A stretch of DNA of 64,000 bases from Acidobacteriota bacterium (GTDB taxonomy: Bacteria; Acidobacteriota; UBA4820; DSQY01), in assembly GCA_021778515.1 (NCBI GenBank), contig JAJYCJ010000005.1:1341-65340 (forward strand). The letters are read 5' to 3'. The translations under genes and the position numbers were made by a program. Shown piece after piece: positions 36,350-45,710 of the stretch; position 1 is the stretch's first letter, and every line of letters begins with the position of its first letter. The notes under the pieces are model-generated. The model saw only the letters and a program-made list of their open reading frames with translations, was not told the DNA's origin and did not search any database.

Positions 36350-36386
36350 GCACACCGCTTACCCCCGGCGACGGAGTGTTATAATG
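36350..36386 (+). promoter_or_regulatory. Extended -10 promoter (TGtTATAAT) for the lptM-like gene
   Basis: tgttataat at 36377-36385 (perfect TATAAT with upstream TG). GGGAGG RBS 8 nt before the GTG at 36407. Confidence 0.4.
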
Positions 36387-36406
36387 CCTCTGGGAGGTCC
36401 GTTGCC

Positions 36407-36586
36407 GTGCGGAATCGGCTCTTTGCCCTCATCCTGCTGGCGATCTTCGTCATCCTGCTTTCCTCCTGCGGACGAAAGGGGGATCCTAGCCCCAGGCGGG
36501 ACCTGCACCGCCAGGTGAACCCGCCCTCCTCTGCCGCTCCGCTGGCCAAACCCTCCGATGGCCCCCAATCCCGCGGTGGAGCATGA
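36407..36586 (+). CDS. lptM: Small lipoprotein, LptM(YifL)-like, upstream of dapF
   Basis: VRNRLFALILLAIFVILLSSCGRKGDPSP.. has a lipoprotein signal peptide and a lipobox Cys followed by GRKG, like E. coli LptM CGLKG. Conserved position immediately upstream of dapF. Sits at the 3' end of a longer junk ORF (35837-36586). Confidence 0.5.
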   Translation: MRNRLFALILLAIFVILLSSCGRKGDPSPRRDLHRQVNPPSSAAPLAKPSDGPQSRGGA

Positions 36587-36683
36587 GGCTAGCTGCGGAA
36601 GGCCGGACAGGCCAGGGACCGGCGAGAACGGCGTTTCACTCGCCAAGGGATTGGTGGCCCCCGTGCCGAAGGCAAAGAGGGCT

Positions 36684-36800
36684 CCAAGGGAGAGGTGGGG
36701 TCCCATCGGGCTTTGCCCGTGGGGCGGGGAGGGAATGCCCCTCCCCGTCTAGGAGAAAATGGCTCTCCCCCGTGAACCCGAACGGCCGCCGGAGGTACCC
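36684..36800. repeat. Additional partial copy of the REP-like repeat family between lptM-like and dapF
   Basis: ggagaggtggggtcccatcgggctttgcccgtggggcggggaggg and ggaatgcccctccccgtctaggagaaaatggctctcccccgtgaacccgaac resemble units at 35830-35870 and 36130-36190. Confidence 0.45.
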
Positions 36801-36823
36801 ATGTTTCCACCGGGGAATTTCCG

Positions 36824-37666
36824 ATGGCTGAGGACCTCGAGTTCTACAAGATCACGGGAGCCGGCAACGACTTCATCTTGGGCGACAACCGCCACGGGCG
36901 ATGGGCCGCTCATCCCCTCGAACGGCTCTCCCGTGGGCTGTGCCGTCGCGCCCTGTCGGTGGGCGCGGACGGCCTGATCCTCATCGAGAACTCCAACCGG
37001 GCCCGCTTCCGGATTCGGATCTTCAACAGCGACGGCACGCAGACCCGCATGTGCGGGAACGGCGCCCGCTGCGCGGCCCGATTCGCCTTTCTCAAGGTCA
37101 TCGCCGGCCGTCAGATGACCATGGAGACGCCATCGGGCGTCCTGGAGGCCGAAATTCTCCCCAACGGCGCCGTCCGCGTGGAGATCCCGGGCTTGGCGGA
37201 GAACCCGCGCAGGCTGGAGATCACCGGCGGCGGGCGGCGAATTCCTTGCCTCCTGACCCACACCGGCGTGCCACACGCCGTGGTGTTCGTGAAAGACGTG
37301 GAGAAGGTCCCGGTCGCGAGCCTGGGAGCCTTGCTTCGACGGGCCCCCGAATTGGGCGCCGAGGGCGCCAACGTGGATTTCGTTTCCGCAGAAGACGGCC
37401 CCCCCTTCCCCTTGCGGACCTTCGAACGGGGAGTGGAGGGCGAGACGCTGGCCTGTGGCACGGGCGTCACGGCGGCGGCGTGGGTCCTGCGACACCTCGG
37501 CAGAGCTGGGGACCGAGTGGAGATGAGAGTTCGCTCGGGCCAGGTGCTCGCCGTCGAGATCGATCCATCCAGGGTGGGCAAGCCCCTGTTCCGGCTCACC
37601 GGGGAGGCGCGCGTGGTCTACCGGGGCTACCTCTCGCAAGAATCCCTCTTGGAGGCGCTGGCATGA
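36824..37666 (+). CDS. dapF: Diaminopimelate epimerase
   Basis: ..FYKITGAGNDFIL.., ..NSDGTQTRMCGNGARC.. and ..ETLACGTG.. match the DapF active-site motifs. Confidence 0.85.
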   Translation: MAEDLEFYKITGAGNDFILGDNRHGRWAAHPLERLSRGLCRRALSVGADGLILIENSNRARFRIRIFNSDGTQTRMCGNGARCAARFAFLKVIAGRQMTMETPSGVLEAEILPNGAVRVEIPGLAENPRRLEITGGGRRIPCLLTHTGVPHAVVFVKDVEKVPVASLGALLRRAPELGAEGANVDFVSAEDGPPFPLRTFERGVEGETLACGTGVTAAAWVLRHLGRAGDRVEMRVRSGQVLAVEIDPSRVGKPLFRLTGEARVVYRGYLSQESLLEALA

Positions 37667-38391
37667 CGTTCGGACGGGTGTTCTGGCTCGGGCGTGAACT
37701 GGACGTGACTCGGGACGAGGAGGGCAGGATCTGGACGGTGGATCACCGGGAGGTGCCGCTCTCCGAGGCCGAACTCATGGCACCCGTGGTTCCAAGCAAG
37801 ATCGTGTGCATCGGCCGCAACTACCGCGAGCACGCCAAGGAGCTGGGCAATCCGATGCCCTCGGAACCCCTTCTCTTTCTCAAGGCCCCCTCGTCGGTCC
37901 TCGCACCCAACGGGACCATCGAACTCCCTCCCGAGTCCGGCCAGGTGGAATACGAAGGCGAGATAGCCCTGGTCATGGCCCGCGCCTGCCGAAGACTTGG
38001 CCCCCAGGAGGACCCCCTGGCCTACGTCGCGGGAGTGACTCCATTGAACGACGTCACCGCCAGAGACCTGCAGAAGAGGGACGTGCAGTTCACCCGCGCG
38101 AAATCCTTCGACACCTTCTGCCCCTTCGGCCCGTGGGTGGTGCCCATCGCGGATCCGCAGGAGCTCTCGGTGCGGACCACCCTCAATGGGGCCGTGGTTC
38201 AGGAAGGATGGGCGCGGGACATGGCCTTTTCCATTCCTCTCTTGATCCGCACGATCTCCCACGTGATGACGCTGTTTCCTGGCGACGTGATCGCCACCGG
38301 GACTCCTTCGGGTGTCGGCAGGCTGGCCGCGCGGGACCGGGTCTGCGTGGAGGTCGCCGGGGTCCGCCTGGAGAACGTCGTGGGGGGCTGA
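37663..38391 (+). CDS. Fumarylacetoacetate hydrolase (FAH) family protein
   Basis: ATG at 37663 overlaps the dapF stop (ATGA). ..KIVCIGRNYREHAKE.., ..EGEIALVM.. and ..GDVIATGTPSGVG.. are typical FAH-fold motifs. Confidence 0.75.
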   Translation: MTFGRVFWLGRELDVTRDEEGRIWTVDHREVPLSEAELMAPVVPSKIVCIGRNYREHAKELGNPMPSEPLLFLKAPSSVLAPNGTIELPPESGQVEYEGEIALVMARACRRLGPQEDPLAYVAGVTPLNDVTARDLQKRDVQFTRAKSFDTFCPFGPWVVPIADPQELSVRTTLNGAVVQEGWARDMAFSIPLLIRTISHVMTLFPGDVIATGTPSGVGRLAARDRVCVEVAGVRLENVVGG

Positions 38392-38394
38392 GGC

Positions 38395-39942
38395 ATGGTG
38401 CGAGCCAGAACCGGGCCCCACGGCACGATAGACCCATACGCCCACCTCCAGGCTCTGGCGGACGCCTGCGATTGCGCCGTCATGGCCTGCCTGGGTGACG
38501 GGAAGGTCGCGGCCGCCAACGGCGAGGCGGAGAGGCTTCTGGGATGGGCCCGGCACGAGCTGATCGGCCGCCGCCTGGCCTCGGAACTGGCCCTCTTGCC
38601 GGAGGAACCGTCCCATCCGGGCGGCACCGCCGCCCCTACCGAGGAGCGCCTCCCGCTGAAGCTGAGAGACGGGACCCGCAGGACCTTCTCGGTCCGGATC
38701 GCCTCCCTGCCGGCAGAGGTTTCGGGGGGGGCAGCCATACTCTGGATCGGCATTCGGGATCCCGACACGGCGGGGCTGAAGGAGCGGTTGCGGGACCTCA
38801 ACGGCCAGCTCGGCGTCTTTCTCGACCACACGACGGACGTGATCTTTCGGCTGGATCCTCGCGGGCGCCTGACCTTCGCTAATCCAGCCGCACGAACCGT
38901 CCTGGGCCATGACCCCGCACTGTGGATAGGCCGTGAGCTGGAGCTCGCGCAGTTTCTCCCTCCCGAGGAGATTCACCGACTCAACCTGGACCGGTCCGTC
39001 CGGCTTCTTCGGGAGGGATTCAAGAACCGCCTCCTCCAGGTTCGCCGGAGGGACGGGAGCATCTTCTGGGGGCTTCTCACGCTGGCCCCGACGCGGTACA
39101 GGAACCGCCGCTCGCTCCTGGGCATACTCCGGGACGTCAGCGAGTTCTACCACACCCGGGAGGCCCTCGTGCAGCAGCACTTGGAGCTCCAGCAGACGGT
39201 CGCCCAGCTGGAGGAGGCGGGCCGCCTGCAGGAGCAGTTCGTGGCGAATGTCACTCACGAGCTGCGCACGCCGGTCACGGCGATCCTCATCGCGTGCGAG
39301 GTTCTCCAGCGGGACCTCCGCGAACCTCCGAGGGATCAGGAGGGGCGCCACCTCGCCCTCATTCACCGAAACGCCACCACCCTCCTGGGCACCATCAACG
39401 GCCTGCTGGACCTGGCCAAGCTCAAGAGAAACGCCTTCCTGCCCCGACCCTATCCCTTTCCGCTGCGGCCATTCCTCGATGGGGTCGCTGAGGAGGTGGA
39501 ACCGCTCTTCGTGCAGAAGGGGCTGGCACTCAGCCGCGATTTCCCGCTCGATCTGCCCGAGCAGATCTCGTCCGACCCGGAACTGTTGCACAAGGTGCTG
39601 ATCAATCTGCTGAGCAACGCCTTCAAGTTCACCCGGCAGGGCGGAGCCGCTTTCTCCGTGCGATGGAGCGACCGCCTCCTGCGCGTGAGCGTGGCCGATT
39701 CGGGCCCTGGCATCCCCAGGGATCAGCTCGGCCTCATCTTCCAGGAATTTCGCCAGGTGGACGGGTCCGACTCCAGGGCCTACCCCGGAAGCGGCCTGGG
39801 GCTCGCCATCGCGGATAGCCTCACGCGGCTGCTGGGCGGGACCATCGAGGTGACTTCCGTTCCGGGCGAGGGGTCCGTCTTCACGGTCATTCTGCCGCTG
39901 GCGCCTCCGGCCCGGAGGCGCCTGGTCCAGGAGACCGCATGA
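38395..39942 (+). CDS. Sensor histidine kinase with PAS domains (orphan)
   Basis: HisKA H-box ..VANVTHELRTPVTAI.. HATPase_c N, G1 and G2 boxes (..LLSNAFKFT.., ..DSGPGIP.., ..GSGLGLAI..). No response regulator adjacent. Confidence 0.8.
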   Translation: MVRARTGPHGTIDPYAHLQALADACDCAVMACLGDGKVAAANGEAERLLGWARHELIGRRLASELALLPEEPSHPGGTAAPTEERLPLKLRDGTRRTFSVRIASLPAEVSGGAAILWIGIRDPDTAGLKERLRDLNGQLGVFLDHTTDVIFRLDPRGRLTFANPAARTVLGHDPALWIGRELELAQFLPPEEIHRLNLDRSVRLLREGFKNRLLQVRRRDGSIFWGLLTLAPTRYRNRRSLLGILRDVSEFYHTREALVQQHLELQQTVAQLEEAGRLQEQFVANVTHELRTPVTAILIACEVLQRDLREPPRDQEGRHLALIHRNATTLLGTINGLLDLAKLKRNAFLPRPYPFPLRPFLDGVAEEVEPLFVQKGLALSRDFPLDLPEQISSDPELLHKVLINLLSNAFKFTRQGGAAFSVRWSDRLLRVSVADSGPGIPRDQLGLIFQEFRQVDGSDSRAYPGSGLGLAIADSLTRLLGGTIEVTSVPGEGSVFTVILPLAPPARRRLVQETA

Positions 39943-40002
39943 TGCACCTCCTTCTGGAGTGGCTGAAGCGGTAGGAGCGGTGGTTCGCGATGGAGGGCTG
40001 GC

Positions 40003-40788
40003 GTGGCCGGAGAGCGAAGGGTGACGGCGGTGGAGGTGGCGGCTGAGGCCGGGCCCTCAGAGGGCGGCTTTCTGACGCTCGTGCGGTTGATGTACAGGAA
40101 TCGTTACGACGACGGCACCCGCTCCAGGCCCTACCTTTACGAATACATCCACCGGCGAGGCTTCGACGCCGTGGCCATGGCGCTCTATCACGAACGGGGC
40201 GGGCATCCCCAGATGGCCTACCGGCCGGGCATCCGCGTGCCGGTTTACTTCCGGAAGGATCTTCCCCTTCCCCTGCCGGACCGGCGCGGCTATCTCTTCA
40301 TCCCCGAGGCCGTGGCCGGAAGCCTTGAACCGCAGGATCGGGGACTGGAAGGCTTCCTCGCGCGGGTGGTGGCCGAGGTCTGGGAGGAGGCCGGGCTTCG
40401 CATCGCGCCCGGCCAGGTTGAGCCGCTGGGCGGTGGGTTCTTCCCCTCGCACGGGCAATCCTCCGAGAAGATCCACCTCTGCGCGGTCCGAGTCGATCCG
40501 GACGCGGCCTCTGTGCCCGAAGGCGACGGCTCGGTGAACGAGACAGACGCGCCGCCCATCCGCTTCGAGCCGGTCCGCGAGATCCTTCTCGGGTGCGCCA
40601 GGGGGGAGATCGAAGACCCCAAGGTGGAGGTGCTCGCGTGGCGCCTCTGCCTGAGGCTCGGTTACCTGCCCGTCGAGGGGCGGTACGCGAATGCGGCGGA
40701 GCGAGCCTCTGTGGTAGGATTCCAGGACGCGATCCGTGCCGGCGGTTGGTCGGGGGGCCCGCCTGAGGAGAGAGAACCAGGGACTTGA
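40003..40788 (+). CDS. Possible NUDIX-family hydrolase (weak call)
   Basis: GTG start. Nudix-box-like stretch ..GSLEPQDRGLEGFLARVVAEVWEEAGL.. Start position uncertain. Confidence 0.4.
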   Translation: MAGERRVTAVEVAAEAGPSEGGFLTLVRLMYRNRYDDGTRSRPYLYEYIHRRGFDAVAMALYHERGGHPQMAYRPGIRVPVYFRKDLPLPLPDRRGYLFIPEAVAGSLEPQDRGLEGFLARVVAEVWEEAGLRIAPGQVEPLGGGFFPSHGQSSEKIHLCAVRVDPDAASVPEGDGSVNETDAPPIRFEPVREILLGCARGEIEDPKVEVLAWRLCLRLGYLPVEGRYANAAERASVVGFQDAIRAGGWSGGPPEEREPGT

Positions 40789-40804
40789 CTGGGAAAGGGC
40801 GCCC

Positions 40805-41776
40805 ATGAAGGACAACGTCATCTGCCGATTGCTCAAGATACGCTATCCCATCCTCGTGGGAGGGATGACCTGGGTCTCGGAGGCCGTCCTCGCGGCCGCC
40901 GTTTCCGAGGCCGGTGGGCTCGGGACCATCGCCACCGGCAACATGCCGGGGGAGCTCCTCCGAGATGAGGTGCGCAAGCTGCGCACGATCACGGACAAGC
41001 CGTTCGCGGTCAATCTGATCATGCTCTCCCCCAATTTCCGCGACTGCCTGGAGGTCGTCAAGCAGGAGAGGGTACCCGTCATCACCCTGGGCGCCGGCAA
41101 CTCGGGGCCTTTCATCGCCGATCTGAAGAAGGCGGGCGTCATCGTGATCCCCGTCGTCAACTCGGTGGCCCTGGCCAGGCGGCTGGAGCGCTCCGGCGCC
41201 GATGCGATCGTGGCCGAGGGCGAGGAGGCGGGGGGCCACATCGGCGACACCTCGACCATGCCCCTCATCCCGCAGATGGCGGACGCCCTCTCCATTCCGG
41301 TGGCGGCGGCGGGGGGGATCGCCGACGGGAGGGGCATGGCCGCGGCCTTCGCCCTCGGGGCCCAGGGCATCCAGCTGGGAACGGCCCTCGTTGTGGCCCA
41401 CGAATCGCGGGCCCACGACAATTACAAAGAGATCATCGTCAAGGCCTCCGACCGCGCCACGGCCGTGACGGGCCGGTCCATCAACAAGCCGGTCCGCGCC
41501 CTCAAGAACATGCTCACCCAGGAATTCCACGAGATGGAGGGCCAGGGGGCGCCGTGGGAGGAGATCGAGGGCCTGGCCGTGGGCAGGCTGCGCGCCGCCG
41601 TCATGGAGGGCGACGTCACGCGCGGCTCCGTGATGATGGGCCAGGTGGCCGGTCTCGTGAAACGGCGCGCGAGCGCGAAGGAGATCCTCGACGGCGTGGT
41701 GGCGGAGTTCAACGAGGTCATGGAGAAAATCGGAGGCTACCGGATCCCGGCCGGCGGCTTCCCCGCCGACCCTTGA
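40805..41776 (+). CDS. Nitronate monooxygenase / enoyl-ACP reductase II (NMO/FabK) family flavoprotein
   Basis: ..YPILVGGMTWVSEAVLAAAVSEAGGLGTIA.. and ..IVAEGEEAGGHIG.. are NMO-family motifs. Confidence 0.7.
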   Translation: MKDNVICRLLKIRYPILVGGMTWVSEAVLAAAVSEAGGLGTIATGNMPGELLRDEVRKLRTITDKPFAVNLIMLSPNFRDCLEVVKQERVPVITLGAGNSGPFIADLKKAGVIVIPVVNSVALARRLERSGADAIVAEGEEAGGHIGDTSTMPLIPQMADALSIPVAAAGGIADGRGMAAAFALGAQGIQLGTALVVAHESRAHDNYKEIIVKASDRATAVTGRSINKPVRALKNMLTQEFHEMEGQGAPWEEIEGLAVGRLRAAVMEGDVTRGSVMMGQVAGLVKRRASAKEILDGVVAEFNEVMEKIGGYRIPAGGFPADP

Positions 41777-41818
41777 TCACGACCTAGAACCCTCCGCCCA
41801 CCATCGAAGGCATGCGCC

Positions 41819-42796
41819 ATGGCTCTCTACCCCTCCTATTTGAACCTCCTCTCGAACGGAGAACTGGACGGGCGGGTGCGCCTCCTGCTGGGCCGCCTGG
41901 GCCAGTGCGTCGTCTGCCCGCGCCACTGCCGGGTGAAACGCCTGAGGGACATGAAGGCCGTCTGCAACACGGGCCGCCGCGCGGAGGTGGCCTCATGGTG
42001 CGTCCATCGGGGCGAGGAGCCCTGCATCAGCGGGCAGAGGGGCTCGGGCACGGTCTTCTTCGCGCACTGCAACCTCTCCTGCCTCTTCTGCCAGAACTGG
42101 CAGATCAGCCAGGCCTGGGAGGCGGGCGAGCAGATCAAGAGCGCAAATGAGCTGGCGGAGATCTACCTCGACCTCCAGGCACAGGGGGTCCATAACCTCA
42201 ACTGGGTGAGCCCCAGCCACGTGGTCCCCCAGGCCGTCGAGGCCCTGGCCGTGGCGGCGAGGCGGGGCCTGCGGCTGCCGGTGGTCTACAACTCCAACGG
42301 GTACGACGAGCTGGACACCCTTCGCCTGCTGGACGGGATCGTGGACCTCTACCTTCCCGACCTGAAGTACACCGACGACGCGGCCGCCGACGAGCTCTCC
42401 CGCGCAGTCGGCTACGCGGCCAACGCCCAGGCTGCCATCGCCGAAATGTGGAGGCAGGTCGGCGCGCTGGAACTGGACGAGGAGGGCCAGGCCGTACGGG
42501 GCCTGTTGGTGCGCCACCTCGTCCTGCCCAACGGCCTCAGCCAGACGCGCGAGGTGTTGAGGTTTCTCGCCTCCCTCGGCCCGGACGTGGCGGTGAGCCT
42601 CATGGCCCAGTACTCGCCGCAGGGGCGGGCTTTCGACCACCCCCTCCTGGGGCGTCCGCTCCACACAGGTGAATATGCCAGCGCAGTGGAGGCTCTCGAA
42701 GAGAGCGGCATCACCGAAGGCTACGTCCAGGAGCTGACCGCCCAATCCACCTATTTGCCCGATTTCTCGGTGGAGGGGCACCCCTTCGAGCGGTAG
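41819..42796 (+). CDS. Radical SAM protein, PflX-type (pyruvate formate-lyase activating enzyme-like)
   Basis: CNLSCLFC (C-x3-C-x2-C) motif plus an N-terminal Cys cluster CVVCPRHC. Confidence 0.65.
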   Translation: MALYPSYLNLLSNGELDGRVRLLLGRLGQCVVCPRHCRVKRLRDMKAVCNTGRRAEVASWCVHRGEEPCISGQRGSGTVFFAHCNLSCLFCQNWQISQAWEAGEQIKSANELAEIYLDLQAQGVHNLNWVSPSHVVPQAVEALAVAARRGLRLPVVYNSNGYDELDTLRLLDGIVDLYLPDLKYTDDAAADELSRAVGYAANAQAAIAEMWRQVGALELDEEGQAVRGLLVRHLVLPNGLSQTREVLRFLASLGPDVAVSLMAQYSPQGRAFDHPLLGRPLHTGEYASAVEALEESGITEGYVQELTAQSTYLPDFSVEGHPFER

Positions 42797-42805
42797 GCCC
42801 CACCT

Positions 42806-43654
42806 TCACCCGCCCTTTTCGGTCTCGTGACGGAACGAGTTCTTGCCCTCGCGCTTGGCTTCGTACATCAGCTGGTCCACCCTTTTAAGCATGGCCGTGT
42901 AGGAAGAAGGGGGGCATTCGAAGGTGACCGCTCCCACGCTCAGCGTGACCGGCCAGCCCCGAGCCTGCACCGTCTCCTGAAGGTGGCGGTGGAGGCGCGT
43001 GAGGACGAAGGGGGCCGCGTTGCCGCCGCACTCCGGAAGCAGGAGCGCGAATTCGTCCCCGCCCAGCCTCGCGAAGGCGTCGCTGGAGCGGACGCTTTCC
43101 ATCACCACTCCTGCCACGGTCTGCAGAACCGCGTCGCCGGTGGCGTGGCCAAAGCGGTCGTTGATCGCCTTGAAGTTGTCCAGGTCGGCGAAGGCCACGG
43201 TGAACGGCCGTCCGTTGCGGCCGGTGCGCCCCATTTCCCTCTCGGCCACCTCCTCGAAGGCGCGTGCGTTGAGGGCGCCGGTGAGGTGGTCGGTACGGGC
43301 GTAGCTCCGCTCCCTCTCCAGGGTCTTCCTCAGGCTGGTGGTGAGGGCCACCGCGGCGAGGAACAGCAGCAGCTCCAGAACGGCGTTCAAGAGGGGCAGG
43401 AGGCTGTGCTGGCCGGGTGCGAGGGCCAGGAACTCCGATGCGAACAGGTCCAGCACCGTGAGCACCAGGGCCAGCAGCCCGGCCCAGAGACCGACGAACC
43501 AGGAGAGCAGGACGATGGGGACGAGGTAGAGGGCCGAGAGGGAGAGGAGGGAGCCCGTCACGTAGTCCACGAAACCGACGGCCAGCAGGAGGAGGAGCCC
43601 CACGATCAACCAGACGACCTTGGCGCGCTTGCGCAGCGCCTTCTTAAGGTTCAC
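42806..43654 (-). CDS. Diguanylate cyclase (GGDEF) with N-terminal membrane domain
   Basis: ..RLGGDEFALLLPE.. Four or five N-terminal TM helices. Confidence 0.85.
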   Translation of the reverse strand: MNLKKALRKRAKVVWLIVGLLLLLAVGFVDYVTGSLLSLSALYLVPIVLLSWFVGLWAGLLALVLTVLDLFASEFLALAPGQHSLLPLLNAVLELLLFLAAVALTTSLRKTLERERSYARTDHLTGALNARAFEEVAEREMGRTGRNGRPFTVAFADLDNFKAINDRFGHATGDAVLQTVAGVVMESVRSSDAFARLGGDEFALLLPECGGNAAPFVLTRLHRHLQETVQARGWPVTLSVGAVTFECPPSSYTAMLKRVDQLMYEAKREGKNSFRHETEKGG

Positions 43655-44330
43655 GCTCTTCCCCCAATATGCCCCAGGATACCTCCGCCGCCGCGAAGCG
43701 CGCCATGAGCTCCGCCATCCTTCCGGCCGCCGCCTTCGCCTCCGCGGCGAGCGCGTTCGGCGCGTAGATGATCCCCATGGCGCGCCGGGTCCCGGCGTGG
43801 GTCTTCGTGGCCTGGCTGTCCTTCACCGGCGACGCGCAGGGAAGATCCGACGGCAGCCGGGCCACCAGCAGGAGATCGCGCAGGTCGATCACCTGTCCCG
43901 ACGGATTGAACGCGTACGACTCGCCCTCGCGCCCCCGCCGAACCCTGAAGGCGCATCCGCCCGCCGCGTCCACATCGACGAGGGAGATGGGGAGCAGGGT
44001 CTCCAGGGAAACCAGGTTGTTGATGTCGGCGAGGATGTTGATCCGCGGAAACCGCCCCTCCACCGCTTCCCGCAGGAGATACTCGCTCGCCGGCTTGGCC
44101 CGTCCCGTCGGCTTGTAAGCGCCGAAGCGCAGGAGATCCCTGACGGCGGCCTTGCGGGCGCCGTTCGCCGACCGCGCTTCCCCCTCGACCGCTTGCGCCA
44201 CGGCCAGGTCAAGTTGAGAAAGCAGGGGCGCGGGCGAAACGGTGACGAGGCATTCCCGGGCCTCCACCCAGCCCACGGCAACTCCTTGCTCGGCCAGTTC
44301 CAGAGAGAGCGCGTCCATGTCCTCAGCCAT
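43644..44330 (-). CDS. B3/4 domain-containing protein (tRNA-binding-like, COG3382-type)
   Basis: Start MAEDMDAL (ATG at complement 44328-44330). ..RFPRINILADINNLVSLETLLPISLVD.. is B3/4-domain-like. Confidence 0.5.
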   Translation of the reverse strand: MAEDMDALSLELAEQGVAVGWVEARECLVTVSPAPLLSQLDLAVAQAVEGEARSANGARKAAVRDLLRFGAYKPTGRAKPASEYLLREAVEGRFPRINILADINNLVSLETLLPISLVDVDAAGGCAFRVRRGREGESYAFNPSGQVIDLRDLLLVARLPSDLPCASPVKDSQATKTHAGTRRAMGIIYAPNALAAEAKAAAGRMAELMARFAAAEVSWGILGEEREP

Positions 44331-44413
44331 TGTAAGACCTTCGCGGCCGCGAAGGAACGTCTGTGGAACGGGCGGTGCGTCGCGCGGGCTGCCCACGGCC
44401 GCGGTGAGGGTCT

Positions 44414-45589
44414 CTAGAGTTCCCTCAGGGCCGTCGCCACGGGCATCCGGGCCGCGCGCAGGGCCGGCAGGAGGCCGCCGAGGAAGCCCATGACCAGGGC
44501 GAAGAGCAGCCCTTTCGCCAGAAGATCCGGCGTCACCCTGAAGGCGAAGGCGATCTGCGAAAAGCTCTGCCAGTTGAGGGTAGAGGTGGTCAACCCGTTG
44601 ACGGGCAGCACCACGACGCAGCCCAGCAGGCCGCCGATCAGCGCGATGAAGAGGGCCTCCACCATCCAGGAAAGCACCACGCTCGCGCCTGAGAAGCCCA
44701 GCGCCCTCAGGGTGGCGATCTCCCGGGCCCTGGCTGCCACGGAGGAGTACATGGTGTTGAAGGCGCCGAACACTGCGCCGATGCCCATGACGGAGGCCAC
44801 CAGAAATCCCAGGACCCGTATCATGGTCGAGACGGCCCTGGACTGCTTGGCGTAGTAGTCCGTCTCGCGGTCGGCCTGCACCGTGAGGCGGGGATCGGAG
44901 GCCAGCGCCCTCTTGAAGTCACCCAGGGCGGCAGGAGAGGTCAGGCGAACCGTGACCGATGAGAAGATGTCCTCGGGACGCTTGTAGGTCTGGCTCAGCA
45001 CGGGCTGATCCGCCCAGACTTCCGAATCGAAGGCGCTTCCGCCCGAGTCCATGATCCCCACCACGCGCCAGGTCCGTCCCCCGAAGCTGGGGGTGTCCCC
45101 CAGGCCGAAGCCCGAGTACATCGTGGAGGCGCTCTTCCCCGCTACCAGCTCGGCCAGCCCCGGCCGAAGGAATCGCCCGCTCACGATGCGGACGCTGCGA
45201 TGGACCTTGAGGGCCTGCTCCGACACGCCGCGGACGGGCGCCAGCGCGTCCGAGTCGGAGGCGCGATGGTGGAAGGCCGCCACCACGAACACCTCGCCGC
45301 TCACCAGGGGGTGGCCCTCCTCGTCGTGGGCCACGCCGGGCGCTCCGGCGATCACCTGGAGCTGCTCCCGCGTCACCACCGATTCCATCTCCGTCGTGGC
45401 CCCCCCTCTCATGACGATGGCGTTCGAGGGTGAACCGGAGTCCACGAGGGTGAGCTGAAATCCCCTGGCCATGGAGAGCATGGCCACGAAGACCGCCACC
45501 ACCCCGGCGATGCCGAGGACCGCCACGAGGTTGCTGCGCCAGCGGGCCCTGACGCTGCGGACGTTGTAGATCAGGGGAATGGCGCTCAC
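44414..45589 (-). CDS. ABC transporter permease, FtsX/MacB-like (permease 2)
   Basis: N-terminal TM, large periplasmic domain, C-terminal three TM helices with the FtsX pattern. Confidence 0.75.
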   Translation of the reverse strand: MSAIPLIYNVRSVRARWRSNLVAVLGIAGVVAVFVAMLSMARGFQLTLVDSGSPSNAIVMRGGATTEMESVVTREQLQVIAGAPGVAHDEEGHPLVSGEVFVVAAFHHRASDSDALAPVRGVSEQALKVHRSVRIVSGRFLRPGLAELVAGKSASTMYSGFGLGDTPSFGGRTWRVVGIMDSGGSAFDSEVWADQPVLSQTYKRPEDIFSSVTVRLTSPAALGDFKRALASDPRLTVQADRETDYYAKQSRAVSTMIRVLGFLVASVMGIGAVFGAFNTMYSSVAARAREIATLRALGFSGASVVLSWMVEALFIALIGGLLGCVVVLPVNGLTTSTLNWQSFSQIAFAFRVTPDLLAKGLLFALVMGFLGGLLPALRAARMPVATALREL

Positions 45590-45710
45590 GGAAGAGGCCC
45601 TCCGGGCAGGGTCGCGAATGGCGGAATGCGAGCGGTCAGCTGAAGGAACGGGGAGCCTCTTCTCGCTTCCTCCCGCTCGACCTTCGCCCCTCGGCCTTCG
45701 CCACGCATGG

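Noticed and set aside
35837-36586. 249-aa plus ORF across the repeat region
   Set aside because: Its first ~190 codons translate REP-like repeats (Pro/Arg/Gly-rich). Only the last ~60 codons, after the TATAAT/RBS, form a plausible lipoprotein gene.
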